This document shows, piece after piece, positions 1-13,030 of a stretch of DNA of 64,000 nt. The notes beneath the pieces were generated by a model. The model was given only the letters and a program-made list of their open reading frames with translations, made no database searches and was not told where the DNA came from. This DNA is from Welwitschia mirabilis (taxonomy: Eukaryota), in NCBI GenBank assembly GCA_051453625.1, contig JBOZIK010000001.1, positions 27,397,063 through 27,461,062 on the forward strand, written 5' to 3'. Positions within the stretch are counted from its first letter, which is position 1. Each line of letters starts with the position of its first letter. Both the position numbers and the translations under genes were made by a program.

Positions 1-199
1 TTTACTTTTAGTTAAGTAAAAGAGAAAATACCAAAAACTACTATTGGAAATCAATTCTCTAACTCTGAGCCTAGTGCTTTCATTAGGATTACGACTTTCG
101 AATGAACTCCCGTCTATACTAGCGTGTGTCTTTTTGCAAGTTATACCATTTATAGGTTTATCTAAGGACTTCAAGATTGCATAAATTCACACTACAACA
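1..199 (+). repeat. 3' end of an Athila-like LTR (same family as the LTRs of 22076-35678), truncated by the window edge
   Basis: 1-199 is the reverse complement of ~22076-22270 (e.g. ggacttcaagattgcataaattc vs gaatttatgcaatcttgaagtcc). It ends in ...CAACA at 199 with no PBS after it, so it is a 3' or solo LTR. Confidence 0.8.
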
Positions 200-1850
200 A
201 TATTATTTAATTCAGTCTCATGAATTTATTACTTCTAACAAGGCTACTTCTTTTCACATAAACTCCTCCTCCCTTCTACCATCCATTGCCACAACATTTT
301 TAAACTAGTTCCATTTGACAAGAAAATTTAACAATACAAGTGTATGTGATTTAGAGACTTTGCATTATTAAAATGAGGAAAAAACAAGATATTGATGAGT
401 GATAATTAAGAGAATGTTTCTAGATTTAAACATGATGTTAAAAGCTACATTTTTTAAGGAACAAAGGATTTTTAAAATTTGAGGATAAGACCATACCATA
501 TAGAGACTTAAATATTTAAATTCCATAATTTATTTAATTTATCTGTATTATGTTCTTACTATATCATTCTTTATATAAAAGCTAATATTTTAAAGAATCT
601 AGATGATTATTATTATTATTATACCTTACAGTTTGTAAATATTTAGTTACTCATAGTTTAGAGAAAGGTTAACTATTATAGAATTAAATGTTACATGTTC
701 TATTTATTTTTCAATAGGAAAGAATTCTTTAATTAAAAATTTCTTGTTAGTATCATTTATTCTTATTTTTAAATAAGTGAGGATTCCTTTCTATGATGTT
801 TAATGCCTTTAACTTTAGTTCATAAGGTTATAATTTAACAAAGTTATATGTTTGTTATCAGTAAATGTAAAAACTAGACCAATGTTATAAGGTAACCTTA
901 TCCATTAATGAGAACAACCCTAATCTTATCTTTAAATATGGATGTGTAATTATACTTATGTAATTATTGATTATCTGTTGGATCTATTATGTAATAAAAA
1001 TAATGACTCATTTCTATCCTTAACATTTTACCTATTTTTTTATTTTCTCTTATTTTTACCATTGTATATTAAATTTGTATTCAACACTATATCAAATTAT
1101 TAGTAGAAATACTTTAGAGATTTATAGTGATAATTTTTTGTTTTAGTTACTTTTATTACAAATATAGGATTTTTAGATTTGGAAACCCACTTTTTTATAG
1201 CATTTATGAAGGATTCATGAAACAAATCTTGATTACCAAGGTATAGATCTATTGTTAATAGATATTGAGCGTATTTAAGACATTAGAGAAGAATGAATAA
1301 CAAAAATGAATTAAGAATAGTTATAAAACATTAATGTTTTACTAAAAAATTACATTTCTATAACTTCATAGGATTAATGCATCAAAATTTCATATGTGTG
1401 ATGTCAAATGTTTTACATGATAAGCCTATCATTATCTACCCTAATGTTAGACATCAAACATTACATTCCCTAGTATGATATGTAACATTATGTATTAAAC
1501 TATTAAATGTAAAATATCACATGTATTGTGTGACATTTTTCCATCAAAGTTTACTGAACTTTCATTTTTTATGTAATGCATTAATGTCATACATTAGGGT
1601 TTGATGCCAATTATTTATTTATTTCCTAGAAGTAATGTTAGATATCAATAAAAGTCTATTTAGTAGAAGAGGATTTAATGTTTTAAGATAAATTATGATT
1701 CTAGAAAAATATTTGATGTCCTAGAGAAAATTTGATAGGATGAAAAGCTTAGAGATTAAAAATGAAAGATCTTTTAATAAGGATTTCTATTTAATTTTGG
1801 AAGTCATTTTTTTTAGGTCTCTTTATAAAGCTTAAAGGGGCCAATCTCAA

Positions 1851-1945
1851 AGGGTGGGGAGGGAGCAGGGGGGGGTTTGGGGGGGAGGGGGGGGAGGAGG
1901 GGTTGGAAAGAAGAAAGAGAAAGAAAGAAAAATAAGAAAAATTTC
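1851..1945 (+). repeat. G-rich/purine tract (putative G-quadruplex) followed by (GAAA)n
   Basis: More than four G-runs of 3 or more within ~55 bp (gggtggggagggagcagggggggggtttgggggggagggg...), then aagaaagagaaagaaag. Confidence 0.7.
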
Positions 1946-3144
1946 AAGAACAAAAGTGATATTGATATAGTAGAACTCTATTACGTTAATAATTATAGAC
2001 AGTTAGTTATAGGAACAAAGTGGTATTTCTCAATAAATTTATCAAGATAAATATTAATAAATGAATAATGCTCAGAAATAGAATTTATAGTCCATTATCA
2101 TTATAACATAAGTTTGTTTCTTAAACAAAGGCTTTTTTTTAATTATCAATCTAGTTATACTATGATGAACATTAAGACTCCTCGTAAATCTTTGTAATTC
2201 TATTAATGATTATTAAGAAATATCTTTAGTAAAATATTATTAAAAGTTTGTAAGTCATAAAGTCATTTAATTGTTAATGTGTATAACCTATAAATCATTA
2301 ATTATAGTTTAAACATTTTATATCATTCATGCTATAAATCTTATCTTAAGAAAATCGTTCATTTTTTGAACTGATCAAATTAAAAATTATTACTAAATTA
2401 TGTATAACAAAAATGATAGTCCTTTACTAAGAGATATTTATTTTAAGAAGAAACATAATGATTTTTAAACATATAAAAGTTATATTTTATTATTAATAGT
2501 AATATTTTTATCACAATAAATGCATTTACAATATTTTTTAAAAAAGTTAAAAGAGATAAAATATAAGAAGTAGAATTTAAGGTAAGGAGCCTTTTCATTT
2601 AAAGAGAGACATTACGTTTTAAATATAATAACATTTATTTATTTATTTTATAAAATATTTTTTAAAAGGTAAAAATAAAAGCATTACGATACTTTATAAT
2701 ATACTATTCTTGTTGAAAGTGATAATATTCTTCTTAATATTTTTCACTTCATGCTTAAGGATAATTGAAAATCATTTAAGAAAAACTTTGATTTTATCAC
2801 TTTTTAGTGGCTATGAAGGTTGTAAAAACCTATTAGGGTGTAACTATATGAATTTAGGCTCAATGATATTTTTTATACCTAAAAGGATAGGCTTTTTCAT
2901 AATGAATCATAAGATCCAAAAACCTAAAAGAATGAAATTAAATAAAATTAAAACACCAAGGTAGTAGAATTACTTCATCTTTAAATGCTTTAAATGCATA
3001 ATAAAGAAATAAATTAGACATTATTTTATTAAAAATATATGAGTTTAATTAGGAAGATGAAACATCATCATTCTAAAGATCCATTCAAAACACAACAAAG
3101 ATGATTTCTATTTCAAAACCAAAATGAAAATTGAAACTATGTCT

Positions 3145-4427
3145 TATTGCAGTGCGTATTTATGCAATTGTTACATCCTTGGTTAAATTCTATTAACCAT
3201 AAATATTTACACAAATACAACATACTAATATAGATAGGAGTCAACCCAAATGTTGTAATTCATTGAAGGCATTAGGCAGGAAGAAAGAGAATTGATTTCA
3301 AGTGATGTATTTTTGGTATTTTTCTTTTATGNNNNNNNNNNTTTTATGGTTAAATAATGAAAATAGCAATGCAATTAAATAAACACACAATATAAAGAAA
3401 TGCAAACTACTTCTAAATGAAATATCTATTTGACTACCAAATCTTTGTTATCAAGATCTGTCCTATATAACCTACATCAATTAAGGAACTATCACTAACT
3501 CTAACCAACCTTCACTATCAAGTATGTCAAGAATAATATGGAAAATCATGCAATGATTATGCTAGGAAATATAAAATGCAATGAAATGTAATATAAGATC
3601 CTAAACTAATGATTTCAATCTTGACAAATATTGCCCTTAATGACCATTAGCAATTTTGAAACTATCATGAAATAATAACCAACATAAACCATAAGGGACA
3701 TGCACAAGAATAAAATTTAAAAGAATATTTTTGTTACTTCATGAATGAACATCCTGTTATAAAGAAGCAACACCTTAAGAAAGGAGAGATAGTACAACAC
3801 CAAGGAAGACTCCTCTCTGTAACTAATAAATAGACCTCCTATTCTTTGATCTGTTGTCATGAGATTTTTATGTGTCAAAGAAAATAAAGTCATAGTTGAG
3901 AGTAGAGGAGGTATTTATTACAATTGGAACACTCTAAAAATAACAAATCTAAACAACACAATAGAAAGCCTAATGGCATATGGAAGGCACATAATACATT
4001 ACACAAGTTAGGTGAAGTTTGATGCATCAACTAAAATTAGATGGTTGTCTTAGCTGTCATCTAGATAATGGCTGAAATGATATCATGTTAAAATAAGTTC
4101 ACATTATCTTTCATCTTTGGTTTAGTTAGTGTCCTTATTGGCATTCAAATTTGTTATTCATTAGTATCATCCAAATGATGGAAGGGACGACAATATTTTT
4201 GAAGCTCTTTTTCCAAGTGAATTTCGCTTTACAAATAATTAATTTCTTATTAAAATATAAAGTATCATAATTTATTTAAAATGCTTCTAAATGTGCAAGT
4301 ACTTGTGCATTTCCATGATTGCCTTATTGACTCTCAATAATCATCATTTTCTACTTAAACCTCTTTAAATTTCTTGTAAAACTACTTAAAGTACCCCATC
4401 AAAAACATACAATTTAGCATCACAACA
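3145..4427 (-). repeat. 3' LTR of the 3145-11807 element
   Basis: Starts TATTGCAGT (TG mutated to TA), ends CACAACA; collinear with 10552-11807 throughout. Confidence 0.9.
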
Positions 4428-7149
4428 TAACCTCTCACTTAGTGTTATCAATCCCTGATAAAGTAGGTGAATAACTATATTTACAAGCCAAATTAACTAA
4501 GATAAACACTAATTAGGGATATGTAAATTGAGTCTAGAAATCTCATAATGTAGCATAAAATCTAAAAATCAAATAAACTAAACATTTTACCTTTGTAGAT
4601 TATGTAAACATGTTGTCATCTAATGTGTCATCTAGATAATAATGAGGATGACAGGCTTTAAAGATATAATTATAAAATCAAATGCTTGCGATTATTCTCA
4701 TCAGAAAATAAGATCAAGTTAGTTACTAGTGTGTTAACCCATCACTTAAAATATTTAGCACATCAAAAAGATAGATTTTAAATGTTATAATGAAAATAAT
4801 CATCATAAATTATAACCATAATGTCTTAAATAAATGACATGCATGTATAATTAAAAAAAGTAATAACTCAAAAATGATATTCATGAATTAAACATTAAGG
4901 TTTTAGGCATAATTCACTAGGGAAGATATATAAAAAATAAATAATCATCCATTACTCCCTTCATCCATGGTCTTCTAAATTTCTTAGATCACTCCTGCAA
5001 GGAAAACCTATAACTATTCTACTGTTAAGTACATGGTTGACTAAATAATATTCATAATGCATATTACTCAAATAATAGGTGATCATAACTGAATTTAGTA
5101 CATTACATATATGTATTGTTCAAATATAAAAATGACCCTATAAAATTTAAAGTTTTTCTTGAAATATCTCAAAATATATACCCGTCCTTATCCGCTCCTG
5201 GCCCCCACTCCATCATCTCATGTTGTATTAATATAAGAAGAAAAATATTAATATGTAAGTTAAGTACAATGAAGCAAAATAAGTAGGCTTTAGGGTAGTA
5301 TTCCTTGTGTGAAAGAAAGGTTAAATAGTAGTCAAGAAAGAATAAAATATGAAAACATTAATGCTTAGAAAATATCTTTGTGTTATTCGCTTGGTGATAT
5401 GAATGACAAGATGGATGACAGAGACTTTCAAAAGATTAGGATAATGAAAGTAATATAAGAATAATTTAAGCTCAAATGGTATTATAGAGGTTTAGGAAAG
5501 GTATTAAAAATTTTGAAAGATGGAAAATGGCTAAGAATTATTATAAATCAAGACATGACACAAGGTGAATTTATAATGCATCAAGCTAAGAAAGATGTTA
5601 AATTGCCATGAACTCACAATTATTTGAAATATTAGATGTCTTAAAACTCAAAAATAAAATTAAAGAACTAAACTCAAAAAGAAAATATGCAAAAATTATC
5701 ATCATAAACTAAAGAAACATTATTTGCTAAAATAAAATCAACTCCTATAAAGAAAAATTATGATTGAAAATAAAAATCAATAAGAAAACTACTAAATGAT
5801 TAAGTCTTAAGCATTTATGATGAAAAACTATGGAAATTACTTTGAAATACTAAACAAAGCAACTAATGAAAATAAAACAAAAATGGACAACTTATGAACA
5901 TGAAAAATAGTGTGTAACTATCCTAAATTTAAACAAAGAAAATCCTCATGGAAGAAATCATAAAATTATGTAATTAATGATGCATGATATAATGAAAAAA
6001 ATTTATAAAGTACCACTCAAATAGGCAGTGGTTATGATGATGCTAAGTAACTAATGTTTTCAAATAATGAATGATAAGGTCAAAAGCTAATTAGAAATGG
6101 ACTCACCTATTTAAACCCAAAAACACACCCAAATCATAAAACATAAAATCATCATGTAAGAATATTGTAAGCTCAATGAGCCTAAGAAACAAGTAATGCC
6201 TTTGATGATATCAAGAACACCACTAATCTCATTACCTCAAAGTATTTATTATTATTTAATAATAAAGGTAGTACAGCCATAGTTAGAAAAGTAAGGAAAC
6301 ATGAAGCATGGCCAACTAATCCCCAACTGAAGTTTCCATAGATAAAAACACTACCAAAGATTCCTCTCAGAAAAATTTACCTTGGTTTGATAANNNNNNN
6401 NNNNNNNNNNNNNNNNNNNNNNNNNNNNNNNNNNNNNNNNNNNNNNNNNNNNNNNNNNNNNNNNNNNNNNNNNNNNNNNNNNNNNNNNNNNNNNNNNNNN
6501 NNNNNNNNNNNNNNNNNNNNNNNNNNNNNNNNNNNNNNNNNNNNNNNNNNNNNNNNNNNNNNNNNNNNNNNNNNNNNNNNNNNNNNNNNNNNNNNNNNNN
6601 NNNNNNNNNNNNNNNNNNNNNNNNNNNNNNNNNNNNNNNNNNNNNNNNNNNNNNNNNNNNNNNNNNNNNNNNNNNNNNNNNNNNNNNNNNNNNNNNNNNN
6701 NNNNNNNNNNNNNNNNNNNNNNNNNNNNNNNNNNNNNNNNNNNNTAAAACATTAGTTAAATATATTCAAGTAATAGCATAATATCCACCAAAAGAATCAA
6801 CTAAGAAAGAATTCAAATAATGGCAGGAGAACTTCCAAAATAATTGCTTTTATCATGTTTGAGTTTTTTTTTTTTTTGGATAATTTATGGATTTATAACC
6901 CTTATCCATTTTTAAAATTTCCTTAGTGTTAAAATTATAAATCTCAATGAATCCATAAAAAATGTACTTTCTCTAAAAGATAAGGACCTAACCATCTAGA
7001 GGTTATAAAAATAAAATCTAAGAATAAAAACATAACAAGATAAAATAAAAAGAATATGCCAAAGAAAACTAAAAATAAGTTTCATTTAAATCCTAGATCT
7101 TATTCAACACATTATTAAAAGAAAGAAAAAGAAACTTTATTATCCTAAG

Positions 7150-9900
7150 ACTATGATCCTAAGGTAATGCCCTTTCTCAAAAAAAGTAAGGAGCAAATCA
7201 AATATCAATTAATTAATAGAATATAATAGGTATATAATTACCATTTGGTAAAATCTATTGGAGGTAAATACAATAAAAGGATAAAAATTTGATAGCATAA
7301 CTTCTAGAATTTAAATAAAAGATGAAAAAGTTATAACTGTCATTGAAAAATAATCTCTTATGAAAACAATGTAAATCATCATTATATAATGAATGCAAGA
7401 AAGTACTTAAAGAAAGAATCCAAGAAGATTTTAAGGACTCTTTAGAATTTCTAGTAAGATTAAAAAGCTTTCTATCATTCCTTTCAAGATATGGATTTTC
7501 ATTAAGGAATTAAGGCTTTTTCCGATTATCATACTCAAATGAAATTTTATCTCCACAGATTGAGTAGAAATATAAGAGATAAAAAATTTATATAGTTCAT
7601 GGAAAAATAATTTCTTAACAAAATCATGATGTAAAGAATTTAAAACATAGATTTCATTCAAAAATTAATATTAAACATGGGAGACATTAATGGAGCTATT
7701 ATAGATCACAGGATTTTGAGGGAACTTCTTCGAATGATTGATTAAGATAGGTTTAACATACTTAAGAAGATTATTAAGGTTTAATTCTAAGAATTATATT
7801 TAGATCAATAACATACGATTTACCCCAATTTAGACTTCCAAGATATTCCAAGTCTTATTTTTAAAAAGATTAATCATTAAAAGCATAAGTAAGGTGAACT
7901 TTATAAAAGAGTAAAAATGTTACTTTGAGTTTTACATGAAGTTACTAAAGGAAAGGATTGAGAGATTTTAAGAGTAGATTCTAAAGTTTATATGTTTCAT
8001 TAAATTTAAGGAGAGAGATGTGGTTTATAGAATTACTTTAATGTTCAAATGGGGACAAGAAAGAGAAAGGTTTTCTTTGTCAATATCACAAGGTAATGTA
8101 GAAGTAGAAGTAGAAGGAGGGATGTCATTTAAGGTTTTGCATGAAATTACAAGTGAAAAAGATGAAGAAACATGTGTAGACTCTTTAAGTTAGTTTATTT
8201 CATTAAAAGGTATAAATATATTCTCTATTAAGTTTGGTTGATTTTCTATAAGTTCTTATGTATTCATATTCTTCTTATTATTCACTTTAGCATTACTTGA
8301 TTGAATTTATTATTCATTATTAACTGGAATAATATCTCCCTATTCTTCATTGTATTTATTAGTATCATTAACTATATTTTACTCTTCTTTATTGAACTTA
8401 TTATTGTTTTATTTAGGATTATTTTCATTCTCTAAGTTGAAAAAGTTATCAAAAATATCATTAAAAAGATCATAAAATAAAAAATTCTCATTGTATTCAT
8501 TATGTGATGGAAGATTTTATGATATTACTTAAATGGAATCTTCTTCCACTATATTAAATAATTCTATTAATTGTAAACTGTAATACTCATTTTCTATTAT
8601 TGATATGTTGCCACTCTCTATCATCTAGGACTATAATCTAGATGATAAAGGTAGAGGACTCCTTTAACTATGTGAATTCTTCATTGATTTTGTCTCATTG
8701 TATAAACTCTCCCTTAATCTCATATATTTGACTTCTTTTAAAGGTTGAACTCCATCATCCTCATTAAAAAGTAAGTGAAAACTAGGTATATGATTTAATA
8801 TATCAATATTATTATTATCATCTTCTTCTTCACCTTTCTTATCATTTTATTGCAGGTCATTAGTTTAAAATTCATTAAATTCATTAGAAGGAGAAATGTA
8901 ATCATTATATTTATCTTGTATTAAAGAATTTTCAAATTTTCCATGAATTGATTCTTTTATCTTATTTACATTTAAAAGGAAGTAAATGGAGTTATGATCA
9001 TTATCCTATGACAAATAGTTTTCTTCATCCCTATTAGTGAATAATGTAATTCAATCATTATCGTTATCATTTTATTATCCATCTTCTATTAAGTGGAAAT
9101 TTATAGGTTGATTCATAATTTCATTTTCTATGTTAAAGTAATAATTTTCTAAGATCTCTTCATGATTCCTAAAGTGGAATGTAGTAGGATAGGTTTGAGC
9201 TATAAAGAACCTTGAGATAGTTGAATTTGTAATACATTTTATTGAAGCATCTCAATCATATTTGCTATCCTTATGTTCAAATCTTCTACATTTTTATTCA
9301 TAATTTCTTTTATCTTTTCCATTTTGCTAAGAATTTCCAAAGCATAGTTATTTCTTTCTTCATAGTAATTTGTGATAGATGGATCTTTTTCTTCATAGTA
9401 ATTGATGGAAGATGGATGTTCTTTACAATAGCTCACAGAAGAGGATTGGAATTCATTAAAATGATAATAGGATATTTTACTAGATGAGGTGGAATCTCTA
9501 AACTATTGTATATTTTTATTATTGTTTTCACATAAATCTTGGAAAGAAGAATGGAAAAAATAAGGTGGTTGAAAGAAGGGGGGGCTAAGTCCTAGTCTTA
9601 ACATTGCCTGGTATTGCTCATCTTCATTTTGCAAGAATTTCTCTAAGTGGTCTTTTATTAGTTTTGTTAAAAATTATATTACTTATCCTTCTTTCAACTC
9701 TTATTTTAGCTAATATTTCCCTAATATACCTTTTATCATCATTCTTTGAATTAGATGAGAAGGATAAATAAAAAGAATTCTTGGCTTTAGGTTCTACATC
9801 ATCCCTAAGAGATAAGTTAAAAGATTTTTGTTTTTCATATCTTCTTCTAGCAATTAACTCTTTAACATTTTCATCTAAATTAGAGGATTAACTGATGCTA
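7150..9900 (-). pseudogene. Decayed non-canonical internal ORF (acidic, N-rich, coiled-coil-like) of the non-autonomous Athila-like element
   Basis: ORF fragments at 9239-9436 and 7431-7661. The region is collinear with ~61500-63550 (taaggtggttgaaa at ~9561 and ~63372; similar segments at 7321-7420 and 61700-61810). Many stops; no recognised domain. Confidence 0.5.
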
Positions 9901-10530
9901 CTCATTAATAAAAAAGGGATAAAATAATTTTTATTTTATTCCATTATTTTTAATTTTTTTTGAAAAATTTAATTCTAAAATAACAAAAGCCAAAAAAAAT
10001 CTAAAAAATTTTCTTATTATTAAGAAATCCTTTTTTGATATTTTTCTTGAGCTAGCTTCATTTCCTAAAATATTTCATCTTTCGCTAGATTTTATCACAT
10101 CTTTACATGCTTAGAAAAGATTCCTAAGTTGTCTGGATGATATCTAGGATAACTAGAAAATATAAAATAAAAACAAAGAAATTAGAAAATAGATTTTTCA
10201 AAAAACCAAAATAGAAACACACTATTATTCATCTTCCTATCTCATCTGGATGACAAAGGAAATGATAATAACTTTATTACATGGCAAAAATTAAAAACAA
10301 AACTATAAAAAAATAATATAAAACCCTAACCCTAAGATGTCGTCTTGTTGTATCATGTACATAGCAGATAGGATGACAAGAATGAAAAACATGGAACAAA
10401 AAACTGAAAAATTGTGAAAAGAAAACCTATAGTATTTATAGTAAAAATATAATATTATTGCAAAAAATGCCTGAATTGAAATAGAAAGAACTTATTTGGG
10501 TAATGATAATCCTTAAACTTCTTGTATCCT

Positions 10531-10548
10531 TTCCTGGGAATGGTACCA
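10531..10548 (-). other. Primer-binding site, decayed tRNA-Asp type
   Basis: Minus strand reads TGGTACCATTCCCAGGAA versus Athila-type TGGCGCCGTTGCCGGGGA; differences are mostly C>T/G>A; 3 nt from the LTR end. Confidence 0.75.
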
Positions 10549-10551
10549 GGA

Positions 10552-11807
10552 TGTTGTAGTACATATTTATGCAATCATTACATCCTTGATCAAATCCTAT
10601 CAATCATAAATATTTGCACAAATACAACATACTAATGTAGATGGGAGTCAATCCAAATATCATAATCTATGAAAGGCATTAGGTGAGAAGAAAGAGAATT
10701 GATTTCAAGTGATGTATTTTTGATATTATTCTTTTATAATTCAATAATGAAAAAATAATGTAAGAAAACAAACAAATAACATAAAGAAATTAAAACTATA
10801 TTTAAATGCAATATCTATTCAACTACCAAATCTATGTCACCAAGATCATCCCTATATAATCTAGATCAATTAAAGAATTATCACTAATCCTAATCAACCT
10901 AAGCTATTAAGTATGTAGAATAGAATATGAAGAACATGCAATGATTAAGCTAGGAAATATAAAATGCAATGTCACGTAAGATCCTAAACTAATGATTTCA
11001 ACCTTGACAAAGGTTTCCCTTGATGACCTATATCAATTTGAAACTATTACAAAAACATAATTAACATAAATCCTAAGGGACATGTAGATGAATAAAACTT
11101 AAAAGAAGATTTTCATTATTTCTCAAACCAACATCTTTTTACAAAGCAGTAACACCTCAATGAAGGATACATAGCCCAATACTAAGGAAGACTTCTTTCT
11201 ATAACTAATGGATAGATCTCTTGCCCTTCGATCTCTTATCATAAAATTTTTAGATGTCATAGGAGATTAAGTTAGATTTGAGGATGAGGAAGTTATTTAT
11301 TAAAACAAAAACACTCTAAAAATAGTAAATCTAACTAATGCAATAAAAACCCTCATAGCACATAGAAGTTGCATAACACATTACACAAGTTAGTTGAATT
11401 TTGGTGCATTAACTGAAATTAAGTGATCATCTTGACTTTCATCTAGATAATGATGGAGACAATGCCATATCAAGATAATTCCACATAAATTTCTATGTTT
11501 AATCTAGTCAACGTTCTTATTGACATCCAAATGTTATCATTAATTAGTGTCCCCTAGATGATGAAGGGGATGATAGTCTTTTTAAAGCTCTTTTTTCAAG
11601 TGAATTTTCTTTGTAGATCGTTAATTTCTCCTTAAAATATGAATTATTAGAATTTATCCAAAATACCTCCAAATGTACTGGTACTTATGCATTTCTGTGA
11701 TTTTTATCTTTACTCTTAGTAATTATTATTTTCTACTTAAAATCGTCTAAATTCCTATAAAACTACTCAAAATACTCCATAAAAACATGCAATTTTGCAT
11801 CATAACA
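10552..11807 (-). repeat. 5' LTR of the 3145-11807 element
   Basis: TGTTG...TAACA termini, adjacent PBS, flanked by TSD TGTCT. Confidence 0.9.
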
Positions 11808-12599
11808 TGTCTACATCACTTGAACTTTTGGGATATTTAGTGGAAGAGTTATCTTTAAATAATGACATCCTTCATAATGAGGTCATGAATAAGGTTCAAG
11901 CTTTGGTAAATAACTAGTACACTCTTTAGATTTAAATTAAATAAAACACTTAGATTTAAATTAAAATGCTCCAAGGATCTAATGATTCATCCAATTCTTC
12001 TTCTTTTTGCCAAAAATTCCTATATTCTAAAACACGCACTTAAACTATCAAATCATTAAAGCTTAATGTGGATGCATAATCTCATCCACCAAATGAGTGT
12101 CAGTGAGTTATCAAGTCCTCTCAATATTTCAAAGTCCTTTATAAGTACAAAAATTATGAACCTAAGTGTACAAGATCTATCAAATAATCAGAACTATAAA
12201 TCACAAAAGTAACTTTGAATAACTCATGCGGTTTGAAAAAACTTGATAATTAAATAGGCTTCATCTAAAAATTTCTAATATAATTTTACCATGCATTAAC
12301 AATAAAATAATAAACCTACTTTAAAAACTAGTTCTACTTAAATACTACTAATACCAAATAGAATTGTGCATTAATAATTAAACAATTCAAACCAATTATT
12401 TATTAATAGCTAAAAGAAATATATTACATTATTGAAGGAACAAAATAAAAAGAACTCCTTAACTAGACATAGATCATTCTTCTCCCAAGAAAGATGTTAG
12501 AGTGTCATGATGTTGAAACCTCCAAGTCATCCCCATGATAAACCAACTAAAGATAAATACAATGAAAGGTTCAAGATATTTTTATAGAAGGAAATGAGG

Positions 12600-13030
12600 G
12601 TGAGTGATGGTTACAAGCTCTCTGCTTATAGCATTGGACAGAATCTTCTCATTTAGGATTACGTAGATAAGATTTTATCTTGTAGTATTTAGTAAAGGTT
12701 ATCTTATAAAATTACGTAGATAAGATCCTATTCTATAGCATTGGATAAAATATTCATCATTTAGCTTTGGTGAAGGTTTTCTTATAGTATTTAATGGAGA
12801 TTGTCTTATAGCGTTAGGTGGAATCCCTATCATGATGAGTTTAACACATATCCTTTGGAATCAGATTCCTATGCCAACCAATACTATGACCATGTGTCTT
12901 CAGTGCTACCTCCATATACCTTTGCCACATGTCTTATAATGCTACTGCTACATATCACCTCCTTATACCTTCATTGCCACTATTGTTTTATGTGGAATTG
13001 TATCCATCTTTTACCATGTGCTTTAAAACA
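12600..13030. repeat. Degenerate short-repeat region, probably an LTR fragment of another family
   Basis: Repeated tatagcattgga, attacgtagataagat (x2) and ccacatgtc/ccatgtgtc units. Confidence 0.35.

Larger units (their letters stand above)
3145..11807 (-). mobile_element. Non-autonomous Athila-like Ty3/gypsy LTR retrotransposon (no recognisable pol)
   Basis: Direct ~1.27-kb LTRs at 3145-4427 and 10552-11807 with a perfect 5-bp TSD TGTCT (3140-3144 and 11808-11812). Decayed tRNA-Asp-type PBS at 10531-10548 and PPT-like sequence at ~4429-4445 on the minus strand. No RT or integrase motifs seen internally (one gap at 6394-6744). Confidence 0.9.

Noticed and set aside
190-201. CACTACAACAA as a CACTA terminal inverted repeat
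   Set aside because: It is the ...CAACA end of the Athila LTR at 1-199, which matches 22076-22270 in reverse complement.
200-1670. Possible CACTA 3' end (Ulp1-like remnant and subterminal atgtca/gacatc repeats at 1380-1660)
   Set aside because: Only vague similarity; no clear TAGTG terminus or diagnostic motif.
2710-2964. 84-aa ORF and similar short I/L/F/K-rich ORFs in the track (e.g. 13467, 13601, 23891, 46072)
   Set aside because: Chance ORFs in AT-rich or antisense TE sequence; no domain signal.
10531-10548. tRNA genes at PBS-like sites
   Set aside because: Only ~18-nt complements next to LTRs; no cloverleaf structure.
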